Source: the human T2T-CHM13v2.0 reference genome, Homo sapiens | Strand: one strand, 5' to 3' | Assembly: GCF_009914755.1 (NCBI RefSeq) | Contig: NC_060947.1 | Length of the DNA stretch: 64,000 nucleotides | Shown here: positions 14,131 through 29,713 of the stretch, in pieces | Layout: the number at the start of each line of letters is the position of its first letter | Numbering within the stretch: position 1 is the stretch's first letter | Notes under the pieces: generated by a model | Databases searched by the model: none | What the model saw: the letters and a program-made list of their open reading frames with translations, nothing else | What the model was told of the DNA's origin: nothing | Made by a program: the position numbers and the translations under genes

Positions 14131-17014
14131 ATGTAAAAATAACACAATTTAAATCACTGTAAGTTCCATGAAAACAGAGGCCAAGATTCTTTCATTAGCC
14201 ATTGTATACCTAGTGTCAGACACATTTATTTAGTACTAATTGTGGCCAAAATATAATGGGTAGCACATTTCCGGGATTTTCTTTGCTCTTCTTATCTGCC
14301 TCCTCTAAGAAGCTTCTCTGACCTGACGTTCTGAGGAATAAGAGGTCATACCACCGTTTACTGAAACATCAGCAGTTGGTTGGCAGTGGTGGATGTGACA
14401 GTAGTGATCAGGGAGTCAACACTGCTCCTGGCCTTCACTGCTTCCTCCTCAAGATGCTCAGAGCCTTGAGTAACCCCAATAAGTGTATCAGCTCACATTC
14501 ACCACTTTCATGGCACCCCCTTGTGAGATTTAGCCACTTTTCAACTGCCTGTGTATAGAAGAAAACCCACACTATTGTATCCTGGTCAGGCTGCGGGCAC
14601 TAGGGAGAAGGGGAAGTTATAGAAGACTCTTTGGAGAGCTCATTGACTATGGCAGCTACCATGCAGTACCATGTGGTGACACTCCTGGGTGGTTACAAAT
14701 TGAAGCTCACCTGTATCACTAGTTTGGAATAGGGCTGGATGAACTTCAAAACACTGTTTTAGTTAGTTATATTTAAATACCTAACAAATATCCCTAAATC
14801 TCAGTGTATTACAACAACAAAAAGTTTTTATTTTTCCTCACTCATGGGGCATCTCTGTGTGGATTCAGCTTGGCTGCATGTGTGTCTGTCCTGTTCTTCT
14901 TGGACTGTCAGTTACCCAAAGCATCTTCTTTTTACAGAAATTGCAGAAGTTCCAAAGGACCAGCCAAAACCATACCACCATATTGAGCTCACAAATGCCA
15001 AGTTGAAGGGACCTCCTGGTAGCTTCTGCGTACCCATAATAGAACACAACACAGGGTACTGATAAAGATAATGGATTTTGGAGCCTCACAACACTGGAAT
15101 GGCAGACACTGTTATCTCTCCTTCTTCCATGGTGATGGATCCTAGTCCCCAGAGTCGAGACTCACAATGTCAGATACTTCTCCATCCTTCCTTGCTGCTG
15201 TAGGTAGCCATGTTACACGGTTCTGGCTAAAGAGATATCAGGAGAGCTCTTCCAGGTGTCCTTGAAATTTTTTTTTTTTCCTGTTTGAGCAAGCTACTTT
15301 TCAGTACCTCAGTGTTCTCATCTGCAAATTTGGGCTAGGTATAATGTACAGAGGTGTTGTACTAGTCAATTCTTGCTTTGTAACAATCCAAAATCTCAAT
15401 GGTTTTCAATAACAAATACTGATTTTTTTGCCAATAGGTCTGCAGGTCATCTGGGATTGCTCTGCTTCAGGCTGTATGCAGGGTTCAACTCTATATGTTT
15501 CAAGACAAGACAAACTATGCAAGCTTTTGCTTATATCACTAACATTCCTTTGATCAAAGCAATTCACATGGCCAAGACCATTAATAGGGCACAGAAATAT
15601 GCTTCAGCCACAATGGAAAGCAGTACAGTTACATGGCAAAGATGTGGATATATAATCCTATTACAATAGAATGAAGACTGAACAATATTCCATTCCATCT
15701 TCTCACTTCTCACGCTTCCTAGGTGTGTAGACATAAGCAAGCTACTAGCTTCTCAGAAACTTAGTTTCCTCATCCTCAAGATGGCAGTGGGCCCTTTTCT
15801 CTGAGTTGGTGTAAAGATAGACAGAAATCATTTGCCATAGGAGACCCTTAACAAAAGTTAGCTCTTCACTCCCACAACTCAGTTCTGATTGTTTACTATC
15901 TAAGCTTCTCCCAGAAGATAGGTGTGTGATTTAATATTGGCATTCCATGAGTTGATGAGTGAATGAGGTCACCAATATGACAGCTCCCTGAGGGAGGAAG
16001 CAAACCATTTATTCACTAAGCAAGTATTGAGCACCTGAAATCATTATTTCAAGGTCATTGTCATGCTTTTTCATGCTTCAATAACTGGAATTTTTTTCTT
16101 TTTTTGGCAGATGACCCTTAACTCACTCTGACAAGATCATATGAACACTGATATTTTAAGACTGATTTTGACTGCTTTATAGGCTCCTTCTACTGGAGTA
16201 AAATGGTATCTTTTTTTTCCTGAAGACTTCAAGATAGTTTCACTTTAATCAAAAGCAAATGCAGTAAACAATTTGCTGCATTGCTAGACTGCCTTTTCAT
16301 ATAGTGTTTCTGCTGCCATGTCCCAAATTTACCTGTCACAGAGCTATAATACTGACTGGTACTTCTTTTTAAAACAGAGCTTTACCAAAGGCACTGATTT
16401 TAAAGAATGGTCCAGGAATGTGAATTAATAATAAGCAGCTTCTTGTTCCCTGTGAGTAACGCCCTTGTTACTTCAATTCTAACCTTCTCAGTTTTAGAAC
16501 ATCTGTGAGTATTATGGGAAGGCTGTGTTGGACCTATTTAGAGGTGCTTGCTAAGAGGAAATGATCTCTAGTCACCAGGTTTGCTATGTTATGTAGGTAG
16601 ACTATGATTTTCTATAGAAAAAATGAGGATGGATGCAAAGCCAACACTTCTTTGCCAGGGAGAGCCATCCTTTCTTGGGGCATACACATTGTCAAGGCTG
16701 TCAAAATGAGATTTCTTGTGAATCTTTTAAATAAAGCCATTATTCATTGTTTAATGCTTATGGAGTTTCTCTTTATTTCTGGCTCGGCAGTATGCCATAT
16801 ATGTCTCCTTCTTTCCCACCTCTTCACCTTTTTGGAGTCACTTTTTCTATTTAAATTACATAGTAGGATATTTCAGCGAGATCTGAACTGATTGATTAAA
16901 AGAAGCTTCTATGTGATAGTGTAGAATAGAGGAGAATCTCACAGTAATGCTGACTCCAGGGTATGTGAGGTAGTGGTAACACCTCCAGTCCTGCCATAGC
17001 CAAAAACAGTGTTC

Positions 17015-17182
17015 TCCTACAGCTTTGAAACTCAAAGGATGCTCTGAATCAGCATCCCCTGGCATCACCTGGGGACTTACAGATGCAGAATCTCAGGCCT
17101 CACAGCACACCTACTGACTCTGTACTTTAACAAGATTGCCAGGGAATCAGCATGTACATTACAATGTGGGAAATACTGGTCT
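17015..17182. mobile_element. MER5A
   Basis: cagcatcccctggcatcacctgggga...atgcagaatctcaggcctcac...tttaacaagat. Confidence 0.6.
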
Positions 17183-17729
17183 AGAGTAAGAGGAAAGCAC
17201 ACAGTAATGCCAACACTGAGGTATTGGCATTACTCAGTGAGAGAGTGCTAGCACCTCAGAATCTGTCATAGCCAGGAACAGCTTACTCCTGTATTCCACT
17301 GAGGTCTATGATTAACACCCATGGGCCCAGGGCCAGCTCCACCCATTAGCTTTATAACAGTGGGCAGTAAGCCCACAACCTCTGCCCTGAAATCAGTGCT
17401 CAGTATCTTTGTTGACTGGTACTTCCTGATTTTGACCTCATGGACCCTGACCTCTTGCACCTACCAATCTATGTTCCACTGACTTGGCTGATTTAGCTGA
17501 CTACCATAGTACGTTTAATTTATTAGCTGGTGATCTTTGTCAAACTCCTGTGTTCTAGACCTTCCCAGCTTGAATGTAACCAGGCTTAATGTAACCACAC
17601 CTTACTGTTGAGATAGTGTTAAAAGAGCCTGTGGGTCTTTAACAGCTAAATCCTTAAATTAGTCATAACTTTTTCAATTTTAGGCAATAGAAATTCAACT
17701 TGAAATAACATAATTTTAAAAGAGGGGGC

Positions 17730-17989
17730 ACCAGTATGGGTCAAATATCATGTCTCTCTAAATATGATGTTCTGCAAAGGACAGGACATCACTTTTGAGA
17801 TTTTCCTGCCCCAAATGCGTAAGGTAACTTTAATCATGAGGAACATCATACACATCCAAATTGAGGGACATCTTGTAAAATAAATTGCCTGTACTCTTCG
17901 AAAATTTGTCAAGAAAGAGAAAGGCTCAGAACTATCCTACATTAATGAAGTATAAAGGGAAGTGACAATTAAATGTAATGTGTGATTTT
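17730..17989 (+). mobile_element. Old L1M (L1MC-like) 3' fragment, left half, split by the L1PA3 insertion
   Basis: ccaaattgagggacatc...gtgacaattaaatgtaatgtgtgatttt resembles the L1MC 3' end and continues at 24152. Confidence 0.6.
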
Positions 17990-18221
17990 TTTCAACTTGA
18001 TGTTTTTTTTATTATTATTATACTTTAAGATTTAGGGTACATGTGCACAATGTGCAGGTTAGTTACATATGTATACATGTGCCATGCTGGTGTGCTGCAC
18101 CCATTAACTCGTCATTTAGCATTAGGTATATCTCCTAATGCTATCCCTCCCCCCTCCCCCCACCCCACAACAGTCCCCAGAGTGTGATGTTCCCTTTCCT
18201 GTGTCCATGTGTTCTCATTGT

Positions 18222-22051
<3,830 letters not shown>

Positions 22052-22114
22052 TGTGATGTTAGCTGGTTATTTTGCTCGTTAGTTGATGCAGTTTCTTCCT
22101 AGTGTCGATGGTCT

Positions 22115-23106
22115 TTACAATTTGGCATGATTTTGCAGTGGCTGGTGCCAGTTGTTCCTTTCCATGTTTAGTGCTTCCTTCAGGAGCTCTTTTAGGGCAG
22201 GCCTGGTGGTGACAAAATCTCTCAGCATTTGCTTGTCTGTAAAGTATTTTATTTCTCCTTCACTTATGAAGCTTAGTTTGGCTGGATATGAAATTCTGGG
22301 TTGAAAATTCTTGTCTTTAAGAATGTTGAATATTGGCCCCCACTCTCTTCTGGCTTGTAGAGTTTCTGCCAAGAGATCAGCTGTTAGTTTGATGGGCTTC
22401 CCTTTGTGGGTAACCCGACCTTTCTCTCTGGCTGCCCTTAACATTTTTTCCTTCATTTCAACTTTGGTGAATCTGACAATTATGTGTCTTGGAGTTGCTC
22501 TTCTCGAGGAGTATCTTTGTGGCATTCTCTGTATTTTCTGAATCTGAATGTTGGCCTGCCTTGCTAGATTGGGGAAGTTCTCCTGGATAATATCCTGCAG
22601 ATTGTTTTCCAACTTGGTTCCATTCTCCCCGTCACTTTCAGGTACACCAATCAGATGTAGATTTGGTCTTTTCACATAGTCCGATATTTCTTGGAGGCTT
22701 TGTTCGTTTTTTTTTTTTTATTCTTTTTTCTCTAAACTTCCCTTCTCACTTCATTTCATTCATTTCATCTTCCATCACTGATACCCTTTCTTCCAGTTGA
22801 TCGCATCGGTTCCTGAGGCTTCTGCATTCTTCACTTAGTTCTCGAGCCTTGGCTTTCAGCTCCGGTTATTCTAGTTATACATTCGTCTAAATTTTTTTCA
22901 AAGTTTTTAACTTCTTTGCCTTTGGTTTGAATTTCTTCCTGTAGCTCGGGGTAGTTTGATCATCTGAAGCCTTCTTCTCTCACCTCGTCAAAGTCATTCT
23001 CCATCCAGCTTTGTTCCATTGCTGGTGAGGAACTGTGTTCCTTTGGAGGAGGAGAGGCGCTCTGCTTTTTAGAGTTTCCAGTTTTTCCGCTCTGTTTTTT
23101 CCCCAT
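22115..23106 (-). pseudogene. L1 ORF1p, disrupted
   Basis: Start ATGGGGAAAAAACAG at 23106. The C-terminal 186 aa are open (22115-22675). About 29 bp are deleted near 22863 relative to the recalled consensus, and an A-run is expanded near 22706-22719. Confidence 0.9.
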
Positions 23107-23449
23107 CTTTGTGGTTTTATCTACTTTTGGTCTTTGATGATGGTGATGTACAGATGGGTTTTTGGTGTGGATGTCCTTTCTGTTTGTTAGTTTTCCTTCT
23201 AACAGACAGGACCCTCAGCTGCAGGTCTGTTGGAGTTTGCTAGAGGTCCACTCCAGACCCTGTTTGCCTGGGTATCAGCAGCGGTGGCTGCAGAACAGTG
23301 GATTTTCGTGAACCGCAAATGCTGCTGTCTGATCGTTCCTCTGGAAGTTTTGTCTCAGAGGCGTACCCGGCCATGTGAGAAGTCAGTCTGCCCCTGCTGG
23401 GGGGGTGCCTCCCAGTTAGGCTGCTCGGGGGTCAGGAGTCAGGGACCCA

Positions 23450-23750
23450 CTTGAGGAGGCAGTCTCCCCATTCTCAGATCTCCAGCTGTGTGCTGGGAGA
23501 ACCACTGCTCTCTTCAAAGCTGTCAGACAGGGACATTTAAGTCGGCAGAGGTTACTGCTGTCTTTTTGTTTGTCTGTACCCTGCCCCCAGAGGTGGAGCC
23601 TACAGAGGCAGGCAGGCCTCCTTGAGCTGTGGTGGGCTCCACCCAGTTCGAGCTTCCGGGCTCCTTTGTTTACCTAAGCAAGCCTGGGCAATGGCGGGCG
23701 CCCCTCCCCCAGCCTCACTGCCGCCTTGCAGTTTGGTCTCAGACTGCTGT
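23450..23750 (+). promoter_or_regulatory. L1 5'UTR antisense promoter region, co-oriented with LANCL3
   Basis: Corresponds to about nt 400-700 of the L1 5'UTR, just upstream of and around the ORF0 start. Activity is inferred from family knowledge only. Confidence 0.5.
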
Positions 23751-23915
23751 GCTAGCAATCAGCAAGACTCCGTGGACGTAGGACCCTTCGAGACAGGTGC
23801 AGGATATAATCTCCTGGTGCGCCGTTTTTTAAGCCCGTTGGAAAAGCGCAGTATTAGGGTGGGAGTGACCCAATTTTCCGATTTTCCAGGTGCCGTCTGT
23901 TACCCCTTTCTTTGA
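23691..23915 (+). CDS. L1 antisense ORF0, open, 74 aa
   Basis: gcaATGGCGGGCGCC... translates MAGAPPPASLPPCSLVSDCCASNQQDSVDVGPFETGAGYNLLVRRFLSPLEKRSIRVGVTQFSDFPGAVCYPFL*, matching primate L1 ORF0. Expression is not shown. Confidence 0.7.
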   Translation: MAGAPPPASLPPCSLVSDCCASNQQDSVDVGPFETGAGYNLLVRRFLSPLEKRSIRVGVTQFSDFPGAVCYPFL

Positions 23916-24151
23916 CTAGGAAAGAGAACTCCCTGACCCCTTGCGCTTCCTGAGTGAGGCAATGCCTCGCCCTGCTTCGGCTCGCACATGGTGCGCTGCA
24001 CCCACTGTCCTGCGCCCACTGTCTGGCACTCCCTAGTGAGATGAACCCGGTACCTCAGATGGAAATGCAGAAATCACCCATCTTCTGCGTCGCTCGCGCT
24101 GGGAGCTGTAGACCGGAGCTGTTCCTGTTCAGCCATCTTGGCTGTCCCCTT

Positions 24152-24540
24152 TGTAATGTGTGATTTTGGATTGGTTCCTGTGACAGAAAATAAAATAGCT
24201 GTAAGAGATATTATTGGGATTATTGGAAAAATTTAAATATAGACTAGATTAGATAATAGTATTGCATAAGTATTAGATTTACTGATTTTGATAATTGTAC
24301 TGTAGTTAGGTAGGAGAATGTCCATGTTTATAGGAAATATATACTGAAGTATTTCTGGATAAAGAGGCATCATGTCTGCAACTTACTCCAAAACACCTTT
24401 CCTCCCCAAATAGAATGATTGAGCAAATGTGGCAAAATGTGAACAGAATATTACCATGGGTAAATGGTATATGAGAATTTTTGTACTATTCTTAAAACTC
24501 TATGGAATTATATACAAAAATTATAGGAATAAAAATAAAT
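24152..24540 (+). mobile_element. Old L1M (L1MC-like) 3' fragment, right half
   Basis: ggattggttcctg...tagattagataatagtattg...ctgattttgataattgtactgt...ggcatcatgtctgcaacttactc. Confidence 0.65.
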
Positions 24541-25084
24541 TCAAAGGGATGTTATTACTAGATACTGGGAAACCTCACAGAATTAAAAAAAAAAGAGCGA
24601 CATAAGACTCAGGGCAGCATGGAAACCTTGAAAACTGGAAGTGAAAACTTGATGCCACTGGAACAATTCTGATCTGGACAGACTTCTTTGACAGAGATAA
24701 TAGAAACCTGGAACTTTAGAGCAAGAAAAGACTTTTAAGATCCGTTTCATGAATGAGAAAACTGACATCCAGACAGCTAAAGTAACTTGCCCAAAGATAA
24801 TGAATATAGTTTCCACTTGCAGACATTTAAGATTCCTTTTCCTGTTGATTTTTGAATGGATACCCAAAGTTTGTTCTCTTTCTTACACTTTTAAGTTAGA
24901 ATATGAGATGAAGTAAGGACAAAATTAACAAATAATGATAAATATGCTGTAACATGAATATATATTCTGTAAACAAATATCTAAACATTTCCCCACACAC
25001 AATTAACATGTTCTCCCCCCAAATTTTGTCCTTATATGTGTATAATAAAATATTTAAACATTAAAAACCATAGGTAAGCATAGT

Positions 25085-25360
25085 CTTTTTGTATCATTTA
25101 ACACACCTGTCCCTATCCCCACCTTCCCCTTCCCCTTTCCAACCTCTAGTATCCTCTGTTCTACTTTTTATTTTTATGAGATCAACTTTTTTATTATATA
25201 GTTTGAGATAGCTAGAAAGAGGATTTCGAACATTCCCAACAAAAGAAATCACAAATGTTTGAGATGATGGATGCTAATTACCCTGATCTGATAACTATAT
25301 TTAATATATATATATATAAACACATCACTATGTACCCTATGAATATGTATAGTTATTACT
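25085..25360 (+). mobile_element. L1MA 3' end with inverted 5' segment
   Basis: About 25085-25192 is the reverse complement of aaaaagttgatctcat...agtagaacagaggatactagagg. About 25193-25360 is forward gctagaaagaggatttcgaacattcccaac...gctaattaccctgat. Confidence 0.65.
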
Positions 25361-25361
25361 T

Positions 25362-26035
25362 AATTTTTTTTTAACTTTTAGCTTCAAGGGTACATGTGTA
25401 GGTTTGCTACATAGGTAAATTGTGTGTCACGGGGGGTTTGGTGTACAGATTATTTCATCACCCAGGTAATAAGCAATAGTATTCAATAGGTAGGTTTTTG
25501 ATCCTCACTCTTCTCCCTCCCCCACCCTCAAGTAGGCCCCAGTGTCTATTGTTTCTTTCTTTGCATCCATGTGTACTCAGTGTTTAGCTCCCACTTATAA
25601 GTGAGAATATGCAGTATTTGGTTTTCTGTTCCTGTGCTAGTTCACTTAGGATAATGGATAGAGCCTCCAGCTCCATTCATGCTGCTGAAAAGGACATGAT
25701 CTCATTCTTTTCATGGCTGCATAGTATTCCATGGTGTATATGTACTACATTTCCTTTATCCAGTCTACCATTGATGGGCATTTAGTTTGATTCCATGTGT
25801 TTGCTATTGTGAATAGTGCTGTGATGGACATACATGTGCATGTGTCTTTATGATAGAATGATATCTATTCCTTTGGGTATATACCCAATAATGGACTTGC
25901 TGGGTCAAATGGTGGTTCGTTTTAAGTTCTCTGAGAAGTCACCAAACTGCTTTCCACAGTGGCTGAAGTAATTTACATTCCTACAAGCCATGTATAAGCA
26001 TTCCCCTTTCTCTGCAACCTCACCAGCATCTGTTA
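25362..26035 (-). mobile_element. 5'-truncated L1PA13-16-like element
   Basis: gggtacatgtgtaggtttgctacataggtaaattgtgtgtcac...tttagctcccacttataagtgagaat...cctcaccagcatctgtt. Confidence 0.85.
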
Positions 26036-26819
26036 GAAAAAATAACTTTTTAAAAAGCTTGCGTAATTGTCTTTCATGACAATCTTATATGAAAGTCAGC
26101 TAGAAATTTGAATTTCTTCGCTTATTATATGGGTAAGTACAGTCTGTCCTCTTCCATGACATTTTTCTCACCTCGTAGAATACATTGACTCTCAATTGAA
26201 AAACAATGCTAATCTAGACAATTCTTAGAAATGTCCCTCATGATGTGGAGTGACTATGATTGCAGTCCATTTAGAAAGTATAATATCAAGCATGGGGGGT
26301 GCCTAGAAGCCATCTAGTCTGTCTATTCCTTTTAAAGGTGAAGACTGTTTGCACTTGGTTACTTAAACACTTTCTTCATCTCTTGCACCTGTTTCATAGT
26401 AAGGAACAGATTTTAAATGGAATATTATCTATTTGCATATATTGAAATAATAGTTATCTTTAGATCACTTCTGAAGTAGTATATTTAGAGAAAGCCAAGC
26501 ATCCTCTAAGCATGCTTTCTACAGTTCTATATTACTTTTGGTTTAGAAAAGGCCTTTGTGTAGTGATTAGACAGTTATATTCAGAGCTGAGAAAGCAGCC
26601 TTGACCAATTATCTCCACAACAGCTTTGGAAATAGAATGCAAATCCTAGCCAAAGGATCCTAGGTGGTGGAGCACAAAATTGAATATATAGTGACATAGT
26701 GTGTGGCAAGAAGCAGTGCATTTTTGAAAAAGGAATTAAGTGTGCCTTCCATCATCTGTGTTCAGACATGATCATGAATGGCTAACATAAATTTTCAGAC
26801 AATATGGATTCCTATAGTT

Positions 26820-27320
26820 CAGTGTGGTGACGGACACTATTGCCGACCAGAGCTCTTTTTGCCACATTGTCCTTACTAATATAACCCTACTTTTATTTGA
26901 CATAGCGATTTTTGCCAATAATTGCTTGATTTTTCAGCTTTTCTTTCTGTCAGGTTTGCCATGTCATATAACACTAGCTAATGACATGTCAGTGTAAATA
27001 TGCTAGGGTATTCTGGGAAACCTTTTGGTTTCCTGATAAAAGAGAATACATGCGCGTGGCCCCTTCCTCCCATTTCTTCCCACCTTGAATGTAAACATGG
27101 TGTCTGGAGTTGGCAGCAGCCATTTTGTGCCTATAGTCCACCATGAAGTAAGGAAGTGCAAATTGTGTCATCCTGGCTCTGACATCACAAGTCACTAAGC
27201 AATATCAGCAGTCAGCCAGTTTCAGACTTTTTGTTACATGAGAAAAATGACCTGTTGTTTGATTAAGCCACTAGAAGTGAGATTTTCTATTCATTTAAGT
27301 TAAATACATTCCTGATACAA
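26820..27320 (+). mobile_element. MaLR LTR (MLT1J/K-like)
   Basis: ttctgggaaaccttttggtttcctgataaaa...gtctggagttggcagcagccattttgtg...cagactttttgttacatgagaaaaat. Confidence 0.6.
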
Positions 27321-28184
27321 ATAGAGTAGACCCTTCTGGGAATGTCTGCCTAGCTCAGAATAACCCCATTTCTCTGTGAAGTTTCGTCCTACTTCTCCTC
27401 TCGGTGGATCATTGCAGCCATCTTGAATTAGTTGGCCCTGCTCCTTCAGCTAGAGTGGATGCCATTGTGTAAACACACCTGAATGAGGCTGAACCTGAAT
27501 GAGGCTGAATGTATCAGATTCTCCTAGGAATTTAAAATTGGGTTTCAGTAACTCTATTTGATCCTGTAATGTGACTAAAACTTAGGGATATGTTTAAACT
27601 TGGAATGAGAGAGAGAGAGAGAAAGAAAGAGAGAGATAATATGATGGGAGGTCACCTTCAGCCACAGAAAAGTAGAGAAAGAAGACTTGTAGAAAGTGAA
27701 AGAGAGGCAGAGACCCATGTCACCAAGAGAGAGAACACTGGCTACAGCCTGGAGGATTTCTGGGTCCAAGCATTGGTTCCTTCTTGGTCCTAGCTGCCCT
27801 CAGGTTTCAGGAGCTGACTCAGCTTTCTTCCAGATAGGGGGACAGGCAAGGTTGTGCCCTGTATAAAGGCACCTGGTCAAAAGGGCAGGGGAAGTGAAAT
27901 CCAGTCATGGTGTTCTGGTCACCAAGCCCTGGCATGAGGGTGTATCAGCCTGGAGGTAATGTACTCTTTTATGTAATTCCTCTTCCCAGTAGGGTGTGTA
28001 CTTTTTTCTATTTCCAATAGTCTTAGGAAGACCCTACTTCAGGATACCTAGTAAAGTTGTTGCCTCCTACTTACAACCAAAGGGCCTTGACATTCAGACA
28101 AAATGTATTAACAGACAGCTAAACTATTCATTCTACCATATAACAGATATGCTGTTCAATTCCCTGATTTATTTTTGCTTTTTT

Positions 28185-28670
28185 ATAAAAAAAATTGAAG
28201 TATAGTTTACATATAGCAAAATGTACAAATCTTAAGGGTATAACTCAGTGAATTAACTGTGCATTTCATACATCTATTAACCAGATCAATATACAGAGCA
28301 TTTCCATCAATCTAGAAGGTTCCTTTATCCCAATGAATATCATTCACCCCACACACACACACCCAAACCCCCAAACAGGTAGGTAACCACTTTTCTGACC
28401 TCTATCACCATACTTTGATTTTGAACTTCATAGAGATGGAATCATACAGCAAATACTCTTTTGTGTCTCACCTCTTTTTTCATTGTTCATGACATCCAGC
28501 CATGTTGCTGCATGTATCAGTAATTGGTTCTCTTTTTATTCTTAAGTAATAGTCCATTGTATGAATATACCATCATTTATTTATTCATTCTGTTGACGTA
28601 TATTTAGGAAGTTTCCAGATTTTAACTCTTATGGATAAAGCTGCTGTACATATTCTTATACAAATGGGCC
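28185..28670 (-). mobile_element. Old L1M 3' fragment
   Basis: aaattgaagtatagtttacatatagcaaaatgtacaaatcttaag...tccattgtatgaatataccatcatttatttattcattc. Confidence 0.7.
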
Positions 28671-28715
28671 TAGGCATTTATTTCCCTTGGATGTTGATGC
28701 ACTGTAATAGATATC

Positions 28716-28886
28716 CATATTATATATATATCCATATATACATACATATACACACACATATATACATGTATGTATATATATGTATGTGTGTACCTACATA
28801 CATATACACACATACATATATATACATACATGTATATATGTGTGTGTATATGTATATTATATATATATATAACATGCATGTATGTA
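28716..28886. repeat. Compound (TA)/(CA)/(TG) purine-pyrimidine microsatellite
   Basis: About 170 bp of catatatatatccatatatacatacatatacacac...tgtgtgtatatg. Confidence 0.9.
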
Positions 28887-29713
28887 GGTAAATTCTGTCT
28901 TGAGTCGTTCCTTCACATTGTAATTGAGAGACCGTATTTTTAAAGTACTGCTTCATGACCAATTACATATCTAGTGAACATGTTCTCTTTACATATTAAA
29001 CATGAGGCTACTCAGTATCATGGGGAAGCCTGCTTTGGTTTATTTAAAAAGTGGTAAATGGTCAGTAGTATTTTGTGTTACAGCTAATGAGGCAAACTTA
29101 TAGTGAGGGTACCTGGCATTAAGCTTATAATTAAAAGTCTAGTCTGTGACTAGGAAAATATCCAGCTATGCTACATGAACCACATGAGATTAAGCTCAGT
29201 TGCTTGTTCTAACCACCTGTGCTATTTGCAATACTAAATAATGCTGGATTTGCTATGCAAAGCCCTGTAAAGCAGTGTCTGTGTCCCAGCATCACACGTG
29301 GAGCTTTTTTTAAAAAAAATGAGTGTCTGATTCTTCTCTCTTACTTCCCCCAAAGTCTTGGTCTAGATTGAGATCTCTGTTTGTTTGTTTTGTTTTGTTT
29401 TGTTTTGTTTTAACTCACCATGTAATTATGTGCTATAGCAGCTGGCCATTTCTTTCATATGTCCATCCTTACAATTTTGGCGATTGCCTTCAGTTGAATT
29501 CACATTGGAGACTATGAATGAGTTTTATCTCCTGTTAAACTTTCCCCAGGCAACACGAGGTGACGGTACACAATTCACTTAATATTGATTACTTTATAAA
29601 CATGCCCTCATTAAAATAATAACAAATTATGGACAGTGGCAGAATAAGACACATTTGGCGAAATAAAACATGGAGCATGATATGAGTTTATTCAGACTAC
29701 CCCACTAGTATGT

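Noticed and set aside
27478-27509. 16-bp tandem duplication cctgaatgaggctgaa x2, with similar short doublets near 11995, 39324, 44389 and 44788
   Set aside because: Ordinary slippage duplications with only two copies and no spacers. Not CRISPR-like.
28631-28962. Y/I/H/M-rich ORFs
   Set aside because: Translations of the microsatellite.
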